NCBI GenBank assembly: GCA_951406725.2
Contig: OX597819.1
Coordinates: 17,236,001-17,300,000, forward strand
DNA from: Octopus vulgaris
Taxonomy: Eukaryota
Length of the DNA stretch: 64,000 bases
Direction of reading: 5' to 3'
The notes below the pieces were generated by a model. That model ran no database searches. It was not told the DNA's origin and saw only the letters and a program-made list of their open reading frames with translations. Of this stretch, positions 14,680 through 26,904 are shown one piece after another (within the stretch, counting starts at the first letter, position 1; every line of letters begins with the position of its first letter). Position numbers and translations under genes: made by a program.

Positions 14680-15230
14680 GCGTCAATATTTGTAATGACA
14701 GTGTAGAGGTAGTAGTGTTGCAGTGGTTGCGACACGGTTGTGTTGTGGTAGGGAAGCTGTTGTTGTAGCGACATGGTATAGGAGTGGTGTGGAAGTGATC
14801 GTGGTGTTAGTAGAGGTTGTGGTGTTGATGGTGACTGCGATGGTTGCAGTGGTAGGGACAATGATGGTGGTGACGGAGGGGTCATGAGAAATTGATAATG
14901 ATGGTGGTGGTGTTGGTGTTGGTGGTGGTGTTGGTAATCGCGCTGTGATTGTAGTGGTAGTTGACATGGTGATGGCCGTGTCGATGGTGGTGGTGGTGGT
15001 GGTGGTGGTGGTGGTGGTGGCGACGGTGTTGATTGTGTTTGGCGTTATGTATCTTCTCTTGTTGTGGTGATGGTATCGATGGTAGTACAAATGGTTGGTT
15101 ATTGTTGAGCTGATGGTGTGGCAGTGGAAGAAGTATGTTGGCGTTGGTGTAGTGGTAACGGTGGTAGTATGGATGTAGTGAGGATGTGACGGTGGTAGTG
15201 CGATAAGGATTGTGGCGATGGCGGTGAGTA
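14680..15230. repeat. Degenerate (GGT/GTT/GAT)n low-complexity tract
   Basis: Direct reading. Confidence 0.9.
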
Positions 15231-15419
15231 TTAATAAGAGAGATGAAGGGACGGACGGGGTGGGGTGCGTGTTTACCGTTTCCTGTTTGCATTGTACTTC
15301 TCCAAATCTGTCTGAATAGCTTCTTCTTCTCCCCCTCTTCCAGTGCCAGCTGGAGCCAATATTCTCGAGCATTCTCAGAATGTCATCAGTTTGATGCTAA
15401 CATAGCAGTAACTGCTGTT

Positions 15420-16198
15420 GCTCTTCTTCTTCTTCTTCTTCTTCTTCTTCTTCTTCTTCTTCTTCTTCTTCTTCTCCTCATTCTTTTTCTGCTTCTTCTT
15501 GTCCTCCTCCTCCCCTTCTTTTTCTTCTTCTTCTTCCACTCCTCCTCCTCCTCCGTCTTCTTCTTCTTCTTCTTCTTCTTCTTCTTCTTCTTCTTCTCCT
15601 CATTCTTTTTCTTCTTCTTCTTTTTCTCCTCCTTCTTTTTCTTTTTTTTTCTTCTTCTTCTTCTTCTTCTTCTTTTTGTTGTTGTTGTTGTTGTTGTTCT
15701 TCTTCTTCTTCTCCTCCTCCTCGTCCTTCCTCTTCTCGTTCACTTTCGTCTTCTGCTGCCCCCGCCCCGCCCCGCCCTTCTTCTCCCCTCCTTTGCCTCT
15801 TTCATCTTCTCCACCGCCGTCGTCTCTCCCTCCTCGTCCTTCTTCTCCTCCTTCTCTCGTTCACTTTCGTCTTCTTCCCACCTCTATTCCGCCTTCTTCA
15901 CCCTCCCCCATCTCCTTCATCTACTCTACTCCACTCCTCCACCTCCATCGTCTTTCCCTCCTGCTCCTTTGTCTTGTTTTTCTCCTTTTTCTTGTTCTCC
16001 TTCTTCTCCTTCTTCTCCTCCCCCTCCCCCTCCCCCTCCTCCTTCTTCTTCTTCTCCTCCCCTACCCCTCCTCCTCCTTCTTCTTCTTCTCCCCCCTCCT
16101 CCTCCTCCTCCTCATTCTTCTTCTTCTTCTTCTTCTCCCCTCCCACCTCCTCCTCCTCCTCCTCCTCCTCATTCTTCTTCTTCTTCTTCTTCTTCTTT
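15420..16198. repeat. About 780-bp (CTT)/(CCT)n polypyrimidine tract
   Basis: Direct reading; source of the spurious poly-L/F/S/P ORFs. Confidence 0.97.
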
Positions 16199-16676
16199 GG
16201 GTGTTACTGATGCATTTAGCCCCAGGCGAACATCGACGTCACCAGAAGAGCTGACACCATCTCGGTGTCCTTGCCAGCCGACCCTAGCCACATTCAGATG
16301 GCTGATCCCTCTTATGTTGTAGAGCAGTTACTGTTTATATCTCGCCCAGAGATTTATTATTGTTTTCGAACAGATTTTCTACGCCAGTGACTGTGGTTAC
16401 TGTGAAAATCTATATATATCTAGCCGGTAGAGGAAGTCCCTCAACGAAGAGCGGTGCTTACCATACGTTGACAAGAGGCAATAACCTCGTACCGGTCCGT
16501 GTGTAGTATCCGTATCTTCGGGGAGGCTGATCTCCCTTTGCTGGCTGGCAAGGACACCGAGATGGTGTCAGCTCTTCTGGTGACGTCGATGTTCGCCTGG
16601 GGCTAAATGCATCAATAACGCCCCCACCACCCCGCCCTGACCCTAGCCACATTCAGATGGCTGATCCCTCTTATGT

Positions 16677-16677
<1 letters not shown>
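16199..16677. mobile_element. Repeat family F: 359-bp permuted unit plus inverted partial copy (PLE pLTR/retrozyme-like architecture)
   Basis: 39-bp direct repeat at 16280-16318 and 16639-16677; 72-bp perfect inverted repeat at 16208-16279 and 16543-16614; homologous to 42772-42988. Confidence 0.6.
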
Positions 16678-16715
<38 letters not shown>

Positions 16716-16721
<6 letters not shown>

Positions 16722-17440
16722 GGTTTGGAGATAATGTATAGATATTATATATTAGAAGAAATAAGGTACTCAGAAATCTTGATGGTTTTATATTTACAGA
16801 TATTTATTGGTATGTCACATGTTTTTATAAATCATATATTAGCGCTTGCGTCCACTCTAGTGGAGTCTTCAGATTGAATTTTTTCAGGAGATTTTGTCTC
16901 TTTTATAGTATTATTGAGTGTGTAGGGGTGGAGAAAGATATAAGATAATACAAGAGGGTGAGGAAAGGGGAGAAAGTGAGAGACAGTGTGTGTGTGTGTG
17001 TGTGTGTGTGCGTGCGTATATACTTTTATATCTGTCAATGGAAACGAGAAGGAAAGGAAGAAGGAAGAGAGAAAGAAGAAAAAATGTGTTTACTTTTATA
17101 CAGCTGGTCAGTTCTTTCAATAGAAAGTGATTCTTGGCTTCTCTTTTCCATTGACACCACTTTCAGATATAAAATCATACTCACACACACATACACACAC
17201 ATACGTAATCTCTCTCACTTTCTCCCCATTCCTCACCCTCTTGTACTATCTTATCTCTTTCCATCCCTACACACTCAAAAATACTATAAAAAGAGACAAA
17301 ATCTCCTGAAAAAATTCAATCTGAAGACTCCACTAGAGTGGACGCAAGCGCTAATATATGATTTATAAAAACATGTGACATATTAATAAATATCTGTAAA
17401 TATAAAACCATCCAGATTTCTGAGTACCTTATTTCTTCTA
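16716..17440. mobile_element. About 300-bp inverted-repeat element in (TA)n, probable PLE pLTR pair
   Basis: 16751-17051 is the reverse complement of 17138-17440; terminal segment repeated at about 58156-58199; AATAAA and a hammerhead-like variant in each arm. Confidence 0.65.
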
Positions 17441-17485
17441 ACACATACACCTCCCATACATATATATATATTTATATATATCGTG

Positions 17486-17770
17486 GCACTCCGTCGGTTA
17501 CGACAACGGGAGTTCCAGTTGATCCGATCAACGGAACAGCCTGCTCGTGAAATTAACGTGCAAGTGGCTGAGGACTCCACAGACACGTGTGCCCTCAACG
17601 TAGTTCTCAGGGGAGATTCAGCGTAACACAGGATGTGACAAGGCTGGCCCTTTGAAATACAGGTACAACAGAAGCTCGATAAACATTCACAGCGAATGGT
17701 CTGGGAATCGAAACCGCGATCCTACGACTGCGTGTCCGCTGTCCTAACCACTGGGCCATTGCGCCTCCAC
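17486..17770 (-). mobile_element. SINE family C, tail type 2, internally deleted
   Basis: Head GTGGAGGCGCAATGGCCCAGTGG on minus joined to tail ..gtcgtaaccgacggagtgc. Confidence 0.85.
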
Positions 17771-18488
17771 ACACACACACACACGCACACACACAGACAC
17801 AATATATATCCATACATACATCTGTTTCTGTAACAATCCGCTTCCAACTCCAAATGTGTGTGTGTGTGTGTGTGAGCACAAGATAGGAAATCACTCTCCC
17901 TTTATACAAAGACCCTACTAAACATCATAGTCTCCATCAAAAGCGATGCACTTGCGCCATCGCTGAGTTCACCACTTGAATCCCCTTTGAAAAAAATTCA
18001 GTTATGCACCGTTTTATCCATTTCTTTACATCCACTTCCACCTCGTTATCACATCGTCGTCTGTTCTTTATTGGACATCCATGCGTCCATCTATCTATCT
18101 GTCTGTCTGCCTTTGTGTGTGTGTGTGCGTGTGTGTTCGCGCGTTTATGCGTGTGATATCTATGAAGGTATTTGGACTCAGCTGAGTGGATATTGTTATT
18201 TCAACGTAAAGCATATTGTTCATTCACACTTTTCTAAGTTTATTTCAATCATGGCCGTTGATATGTTTGATAAGGTGAAACCGTAATCTTTGTAAAACAT
18301 TATTTCAGCAGTAACGTATTTAGTTTTAAGCGTATCTAGGATACACAACCTTGCATGATCAAATATCAGCGTTATCAAAGCTGCCCATGCTAATGTAGAA
18401 TTAAGATCAGTTTATTAATGAAACTAAATTTTTGTCAAAAAGTGCAGTTTTCCTGGCCTGCATCATAATTTCAATATTATTATTATCT

Positions 18489-18706
18489 TAAGGCGGCGAG
18501 CTGGCAGAAACGTTAGCACGCCGGGCGAAATGCGTAGCCGTATTTCATCTGCCGTTACGTTCTGAGTTCAAATTCCACCGAGGTTGACTTTGCCTTTTAT
18601 CCTTTCGGGGTCGATAAATTAAGTACCTCTTGCATACTATGGTTGATCTAATCGACTGCACCCCCAACCAACAATTTCGGGCTTTGTGCCTAGAGTAGAA
18701 AAGAAT
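18489..18706 (+). mobile_element. SINE family A2 (alternative tail)
   Basis: Family A head and body, tail ..aatttcgggctttgtgcctagagtagaaaag; flanking repeat tattattatctt. Confidence 0.88.
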
Positions 18707-18904
18707 ATTATTATCTTGAGTGCTATAAACATTAGCAAATTTCTAAATCACTGATGCACAATAATATCAAGATAAACGTTCAAAATGTGTCGCTGTCATA
18801 TCGAGTAAATATGCATCCATTTCTGCTGTTGTTTTTAAGAAACTACTGAAAATAAATGTATTATTCCATTGAAGGATGTTAGTTACTCTACTACTTCCTT
18901 GAGT

Positions 18905-19252
18905 GTGGAGGCACAATGGCCCAGTGGTTAGGGTAGCGGACTCGCGGTCAAAGGATCGCGGTTTCGATTCCCAGACCGGGCGTTGTGAGTGGTTATTGAG
19001 CGAAAACACCTAAAGCTCCACGTACTCTTTCACCACAACTTTCTCTCACTCTTACTTCCTGTTTCTGTTGTACCTGTATTTCAAAGGGCCGGCCGTGTCA
19101 CGCTGAATATCCCCGAGAACTACGTTAAGGGTACACGTGTCTGTGGAGTGCTCAGCCACTTACACGTTAATTTCACGAGCAGGCTGCTCCGTTGATTCGG
19201 ATCAACCGGAACCCTCATCGTCGTAACCGACGGAGTGCTTCCATTTCATTCC
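18905..19252 (+). mobile_element. SINE family C, tail type 2, 12-bp TSD
   Basis: A-box TGGCCCAGTGG, B-box GTTTCGATTCC; TSD ACTTCCTTGAGT at 18893-18904 and 19253-19264. Confidence 0.92.
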
Positions 19253-19711
19253 ACTTCCTTGAGTTAATTAATCTGCATAATGTCTCTTCTGAAAGAAAAA
19301 AACAAAAACAAAAACAAAAAAAAACTTACAGATTTATGCTTTGCATTTAGCAACGTTTTCTAGTGTATTATCGAGTTTATGCTAAACACTTCTCTGTCCT
19401 GAAACAGCTCGAAATCCAACCAGCATGTCAAGGATGTGTAAATATATCAAGCGACAAATGTAACAATTCTTCATCTGTTTTACGTAATTCTCTGCAAACA
19501 CAGAAAGGATGACTGAAGTGGCAATGTTTCAATCATGTGCAACTGAAAATTTAATTTAATTAAATACTATCGTCAGTGCTACAACAGAGACAAATTGGAA
19601 TTTCTAATTCGTTGATACTACCATTTTTGTATTTGTGTGTCGAAATCGTTGGTTCATTATTTGCTTATATATCCAAACTACATCTGTTAGAGTTCTATGA
19701 TTGGGCCAATC

Positions 19712-20103
19712 CGTATGGACGTTATCAAAGAAGCTTGAGAGGCGGTTGGATGGAACCTACACTCGCCTCCTTATGAGAGCTCAAAATCTCTCGTGGAAGC
19801 GCCATCCAACCAAAATGCAAATATATGGGAAACTACCACCTGTGTCATCTCTTGTGAAAGTTAGGAGAGTCCAGTTTGCTGGACATTGTTGTAGAGCTGA
19901 AAAAGAAGTAATTTCTACTCTTCTCCTCTGGAAGCCATCTACTCGCAATACCAGAGGGCGCACACTCTCCTACCCTGATGTAATCTCCAGGGATACAGGC
20001 ATCCAGCAACAGGACCTCCGTAATGCTATAATGGACCGTGAAGTCTGGCGTAACATAGTAAATTCCATTGTCTCGACCACGGTCGAACAATGATGATGAT
20101 GAT
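19712..20103 (+). mobile_element. RTE-clade LINE 3' end with uninterrupted C-terminal ORF and (TGA)n tail
   Basis: WTLSKKLERRLDG..RRVQFAGHCCR..LLWKP..RGR..MDREVWR are typical RTE C-terminal motifs; stem-loop TCGACCACGGTCGA precedes (TGA)n. Confidence 0.9.
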
Positions 20104-20923
20104 TGCTTGTAAAGGCTCAGTAACAGTGACAGTAAACACAGTTTTGCCGGTACCTAGAATATTCCAACCGGTAAAGTCACATTTCAATGCTATCAAACGA
20201 ACCCATGAAAACGTAAAATGAACTGTAACGATGATTTTTGTTTTTTATATCGAAATTTTCTTTTTTATCGAAAAGTAAGGTTTTTCCGACAAATATGATA
20301 ATTTCAAAGTCCTTATCACCTGCAGTACTTTATGTATAGGTGAATTCTAGGACAAATATAAGTAAGGATAACGATACGACGATATCATAATGAGTGAATT
20401 TGCATCCACTTTTATTGTTGAATGTTTTTAAAGTTGCTAATGAAAGTATTGGCATTGTTCCATCGACCAAGGTTAGTTGCTTTCCTAATGCTATCATTAG
20501 GAAAGCATAGGTAAATACATAGCCATTAGCTGTATCTTGATTCGTGGCCGAAGAGAGAGAGTTGTACATGGTCACTGATAGTATTTTAACTTCGATGCAA
20601 TTCTGGTGGAATCATGTATTGTTTCAGTACAGAAGTGTGTTTGTCGTATATCTCAACTACACGGGGCACAATTTTATATCTAACTTATGTCTGTGAGCTA
20701 AAATTAATTTTTCTCATTCTTTGTTATATATATATATATATATATATATACAAAATAAGAAAATGGAGAAATACACCTTAATCGATAATCAACTACCAGA
20801 TAATACCCAATCACATAATTTATTAAACCACTACATATGAACATTAAGGTCAAACATAATAGTATAGAACAAAACAATGTACATCAATGAGTAATATGAT
20901 ACAATAAGTACAGTATGTATAAG

Positions 20924-20994
<71 letters not shown>

Positions 20995-21666
20995 GTTTGT
21001 ATGTTAGCTTTTATATAGTTATTATTTAAAAGATAGGTATTCTAATCTGATTGTGCAGCAAATAATTTTTCGCTTTATCTGAGAAAATAATGTTCTTTAA
21101 GTATTTCTGATGTTCTTAATAATCAGATTTACGAAGAATGTTCAGGAAAATGTTACAGAAAATGTTAGTGTAGCTAAGGAAACCAAGACAAGTATACTAA
21201 TACACTATATTAGTGTAACTGAGTTAGTGTAAAGCTACAGGTTATATCATACAGATGAGAATGAAATGATTTAAGGCCTATAAAGTGAAACAGCTGTTAC
21301 GGTTTTTATCGAATAGGTGAATGGGTGAATTGATCATTGATTTCTATATAGAAAATGTCCTCCCACTTATGCGCTTCGCGAAGTTTTCAGATTCAAACCA
21401 ATAAGATTTTTCTGTTGTACATATTACAAAGAACGGAGATATTCTGTGTGTGGTGGCAGGTCCAATTGTTTACGTCCATGTTTAGATATTGTAATTCCGG
21501 ATCGTAAAGATGCTCGGAGATATCAGATATGATAGAGTACAGAGTAACATACGATAGCACGACATAACAGAAATAGAAGCGTTAGCGTAAGCGGCTGGAA
21601 GTGTACATACTAGCAAAATGAAGGCATTCCATCATATAGAAGATCATATATATGGGTGTGTATAAA

Positions 21667-21699
<33 letters not shown>

Positions 21700-21765
21700 T
21701 CCTATACACACACAGAGACACAGACAGACACACACAAACACACACACACACACACGAACACCACC

Positions 21766-21803
<38 letters not shown>

Positions 21804-21814
21804 GTATTTATATG

Positions 21815-21846
<32 letters not shown>

Positions 21847-21940
21847 GTGTGTGTACATATATATATGTACACATATATACGCCCCCATATATATATATAT
21901 GCATGTATGTATATATGTATATATATATGTATATACATAC

Positions 21941-21995
<55 letters not shown>

Positions 21996-22021
21996 CATAT
22001 ATATGTGTGTATATACATACT

Positions 22022-22083
<62 letters not shown>

Positions 22084-22358
22084 CTGATACACAATTAAGC
22101 AAATATAAATCAAAGATTTTGGAAGTGCATTTTAAACAAACAAAATATAAAATGAAATATATGCAACAAAATTTTCACAAAAGAAAAGAAAACCAAAATA
22201 GATATTATACCAAATAAAATAAATAAATAAATAGATAAATAAATAGATAAATAACATTAAATACATACATATATCTCTACTCGTATAACTATATATGTAC
22301 ATACACACATATATACATTGTGTGTATGCATGCATGTATGAATGAATGTATGCATACA

Positions 22359-22449
<91 letters not shown>

Positions 22450-23518
22450 GTATATATATATACACAGAGCTAAAAGTATATACATAAATAAAACAAACTT
22501 GAAGAAATCATGACAACTTTGACTGCCTGAAGCTCTCGTTCTTTTTCTTTTTTTATGTGTGTGTGTGTGGGGGCTCAGTTGAGTTAAGTAAAGATGGCTG
22601 CCACTAAAATATTGTTTATTTTTGGTTTTTGTCTTATTTCCATTTTTTCTCTTTATTTTATTTAATTTATTTACTTTTCTTTTTGTAACATCTTGCGATA
22701 CAGAAACTTGCTATGATATCAAAAGACAGAATTAAAAGTGGGATGATCTGAAAACGTTGACTTAGACGAAGAGACGAAGAGGAATTCGACAGACAAGTCT
22801 CTCTCTCTTCTCAATAACTTTCCGAGGAGAACATTTTTAAGCCACTTTCGATTAGATTAACTGAAATGTTGAGCTAAATATAGATTGGAAATTAAAAAAA
22901 TAAATAACCGAGAAACCTTTAAAATCTTCCACTTATATGAACACATACACAAATATCACATAGATAAACACACAGGAATATACACAGAGCCAAACACGCA
23001 CACACACACACATACACGTGCGCGTACACACACATTCACCCACACACTGACATAGATACTCTCTCTCTCTCTCTCTCTCTCTCGTTTTATCGAAATGTCT
23101 TTCTTCCTCTTAAATCTTAATCTGTTTTCTTTCAGATACACTCAACTCTCAATAGATTCTTCGTCTTTCTTTTTTCTATGTTTTTTTCATCTTTCCTTTC
23201 TCTTTATTTATCATTTTTCTTCTTTCATTCTCTTCCTTTCTTTCTTTCTTTTTTCATTCTTTCATTTTCTTTCTGTTTTCTTTCTTTAGTTCTTCTTTTT
23301 AGTTACTTGCCTTCTTTTCTCCTTTCTTTCTTGCCTTCATTGCTCCCTTCCACATCGCCTTTAATGACCACTATCTCAAAGCACATCTCTCCTTCACTCC
23401 ATCATGCCCTCTCTCTTATGTACACTTATTTCTAATACAATGCAACATGTATGTATGTATGTATGTATGTATGTATCAAAAACTCAGGAAAACGATCAAT
23501 TTTTCATTTATATCAGCG

Positions 23519-23550
<32 letters not shown>

Positions 23551-24060
23551 GGTTATTGATCGATTATTTGGCGGACTCCGATGGCGCAAATATAATATTT
23601 GAAGACTATCAACAGGCGAGAAAATGACAAAGGAATAAGAACTTATGTCTTGGAGTGTATTTCATATGTAGATATATAAAATTATATTTCCATTTATTTT
23701 TTCTGAGAGAGGCTTCTGCAGCTCAAACTCCCTACTTCATTTCCTACAAACCTTTAAGGTTTTTGTTTTTATTTTTATTGTAATGCTTTTAAATATTAAC
23801 ACTTTCTCAGACAAACTTGCACTTCCATTTTGAAGCTCCGATGATGCTATGGGGTAATACACAAGCACTCAGCTCTGAGTGCATTGTACATTATAGCGAA
23901 ATAGCGGCAAAATAACGAAGCCCAGGACATATTTTCTTATTCCCTTATTTTAATTTTGTTTTATCGCTCTATACTCGACTGACGCTTTCTTCTAAAGCGA
24001 ATGTATATTGAATATTTTGAGTTCTAAAACCAGGTTATTAGTATCACTATGTCTGAATGA

Positions 24061-24142
<82 letters not shown>

Positions 24143-24145
<3 letters not shown>

Positions 24146-24695
24146 TGCCCTGATGCAGTACCAGGCAGTGGCTCTCATGGCTTCTTAACTGATTGGAAGT
24201 GATATCATGTACATTGTTTTGTCTTGGTATAAAAGATGGGCTAAAGCAAATATTCTGCTCAATACCACAGATTTGCTTGTCAGTTGTTTGACTTTAACCA
24301 GCTGAGCATGTCCCTTAGTGGCTGACGATATGTGCATCTCTGATCACGAGCAGAAATAGTGGGGGAGCATCATAGCCATGTGTTGAGAGGGATTCTTTGG
24401 GGTTTGAATAATTCACCTCTGGAAACATGGGTGGTTCTTTCAACATCCTTAAACAACCCTTATTCAGGGACCTTTTGAGTGGGATGGGCTACTCAACCTG
24501 AAGAAAATTCTAACTGGGCCCCACCTGCAAGGTCATGTGCTGTTTATCTTGATATGAGATCACCATGTCGCGCACATATGGTTGTGATGCATGTGCCTGG
24601 TGTACCCTTATCAGACGGGTAGTCATGATGGTTATATTGGGCTTCGTATATTTTACCCCAGTGTCACTTTGATGGCATGAACTGCTCTCTCACTC
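24143..24695 (+). mobile_element. About 550-bp non-coding retroposon in (TAA)n, copy 1
   Basis: Flanked by (TAA)n on both sides; same 3' end (..gctctctcactc) as the adjacent copy. Confidence 0.8.
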
Positions 24696-24764
<69 letters not shown>

Positions 24765-24765
<1 letters not shown>

Positions 24766-25104
24766 GTGGGGGAGCATCATAGCCGTGTGTTGAAAGGAAT
24801 TCTTGGCGGTTTGGATAATTCACCTTTGGAAACATTGGCGGTTCGTTTAACATCCTTCAACAACCCTTATTCAGGGATCTTTTGAGCAGGATTGGGCTAC
24901 TTCACCTGACGAAAATTCTAACTGGGCCCCCACCTGCAAGGTCATGCGCTGTCTATCTTGATATGAGATCACCATGTTGCGCACAAATGGTTGTGATGCA
25001 TGTGCCTGGTGTAACCTTATCAGCCGGGTAGTCATGATGGGTATACTGGGCTTCATATATTTTAGCCCAGTGTTACTTTGATGGCATGCACTGCTCTCTC
25101 ACTC
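24765..25104 (+). mobile_element. Same (TAA)n-embedded retroposon, 5'-truncated copy 2
   Basis: Aligns with about 24358-24695 with scattered substitutions; 5' junction shows AATAG microhomology with the repeat. Confidence 0.8.
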
Positions 25105-25172
<68 letters not shown>

Positions 25173-25195
25173 TAATAATAATAATAATAATATAT

Positions 25196-25427
25196 ATTTC
25201 TTTACTACCCACAAGGGGCTAAACACAGAGGGGACAAACAAGGACAGATAAACTGATTAAGTCGATTCCATCGACCCCAGTGAGTAACTGGTACTTATTT
25301 TATCGACCCCGAAAGGATAAAAGGCAAAGTCGACCTTGGCGGAATTTGAACTCAGAACGTAACGGCAGACGAAATACGGCTTCGCATTTCGCCCGGCGTG
25401 CTAACGTTTCTGCCAGCTCGCCGCCTT
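25196..25427 (-). mobile_element. SINE family A1 in (TAA)n
   Basis: Full-length reverse-complement match to 11409-11643. Confidence 0.92.
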
Positions 25428-25428
25428 C

Positions 25429-25495
<67 letters not shown>

Positions 25496-26065
25496 TAGTC
25501 TACCACTGTATACAGACAGTGTAAGAACCATTTGCTTGTATGTCACAACAATGCTTAAGATTAAATTCAATTAAGAGTTAAAAGCATTGCTAGTGTTGTA
25601 AACATTACCGACCTCACTCGTATATGTCTTGCTTTTTCGCTGGAACGCTGCGCTCAGCACTTTGGGGGTCGATCTCTCACAACACCGGGTGTTGAAATAG
25701 CGGATGGCATGGGAGGCGAGTCGCCTCAGCTGCTTATGACTTTCAGGTGTTTTAAAATCCAGTGCTACGAGGAAGTTTTTCCCCAAAGCGCCTCCGCGCA
25801 GCGTACCAGCGGAAAAGCAAAACACGTACACTGGACGTGTTTGATCGATAATATATATATGTGAGTGCGCGAGCGCATGTGCGTATGTATTTGTTTACCC
25901 ATTTGTTGTTTGTCTGTTCTCGTTCTGTTATGTTTCGGTCCCATTTCCCGGCAGTTCTTGCTGTTTGCCACCAGAAGGACACTAATATTATTGTTAAAAG
26001 CACAAAACTGCATTTGCCATTCTGTGTCTGTTTTCCGTTCGTTTGGCCATTTACTATACGATTTT

Positions 26066-26111
<46 letters not shown>

Positions 26112-26121
26112 TTCTCTTTCT

Positions 26122-26589
<468 letters not shown>

Positions 26590-26596
26590 CATACAT

Positions 26597-26904
26597 GTGG
26601 AGGCGCAATGGCCCAGTGGTTAAGGCAGCGGACTCGCGGTCGTAGCATCGCGGTTTCGATTCCCAGACAGGGCGTTGCGAGTGTTTATTGAGCAAAAACA
26701 CCTAAAGCTCCACGAGGCAGGGTGGTGGTGGCGATCCCTGCTGTACTCTTTCGCCACAACTTTCTCTCACTCTTTCTACTGTTGGCCTGCTCGCTTAGCC
26801 AGCGGGGTGGCGTCATTTGAAGGCTAAAACAATGCGAAGCGCATTGTGACCAGCGATGTGCAACAACATCTGATAGCCTGGTCGGTCACGGTGATCACGG
26901 TGAT
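26597..26904 (+). mobile_element. SINE family C, tail type 1
   Basis: C head plus tail ..gcgcattgtgaccagcgatgtg..ggtcacggtgatcacggtgat. Confidence 0.9.

Noticed and set aside
15243-16322. 359-aa hydrophobic, proline-rich ORF
   Set aside because: Produced by the CTT/CCT tract; no domain or splice evidence.
18905-18980. tRNA-like sequences at SINE heads (also 39725, 48320, 49009)
   Set aside because: They continue into SINE bodies with TSDs and lack a complete acceptor stem; not tRNA genes.
20330-20575. 81-aa minus-strand ORF in unique sequence, with a 13-bp hairpin at about 20478-20507
   Set aside because: No recognisable homology or splice structure; length is compatible with chance. RNA-seq would be needed.
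22560-22930. Possible promoter or 5'UTR with a YY1-like AAGATGGCTGCC motif
   Set aside because: A single short motif with no linked exon; cannot be supported from sequence alone.
24060-25495. Repeat-spacer appearance resembling a CRISPR array
   Set aside because: The repeats are variable-length microsatellites, the spacers are homologous to each other, the context is eukaryotic and there are no cas genes.
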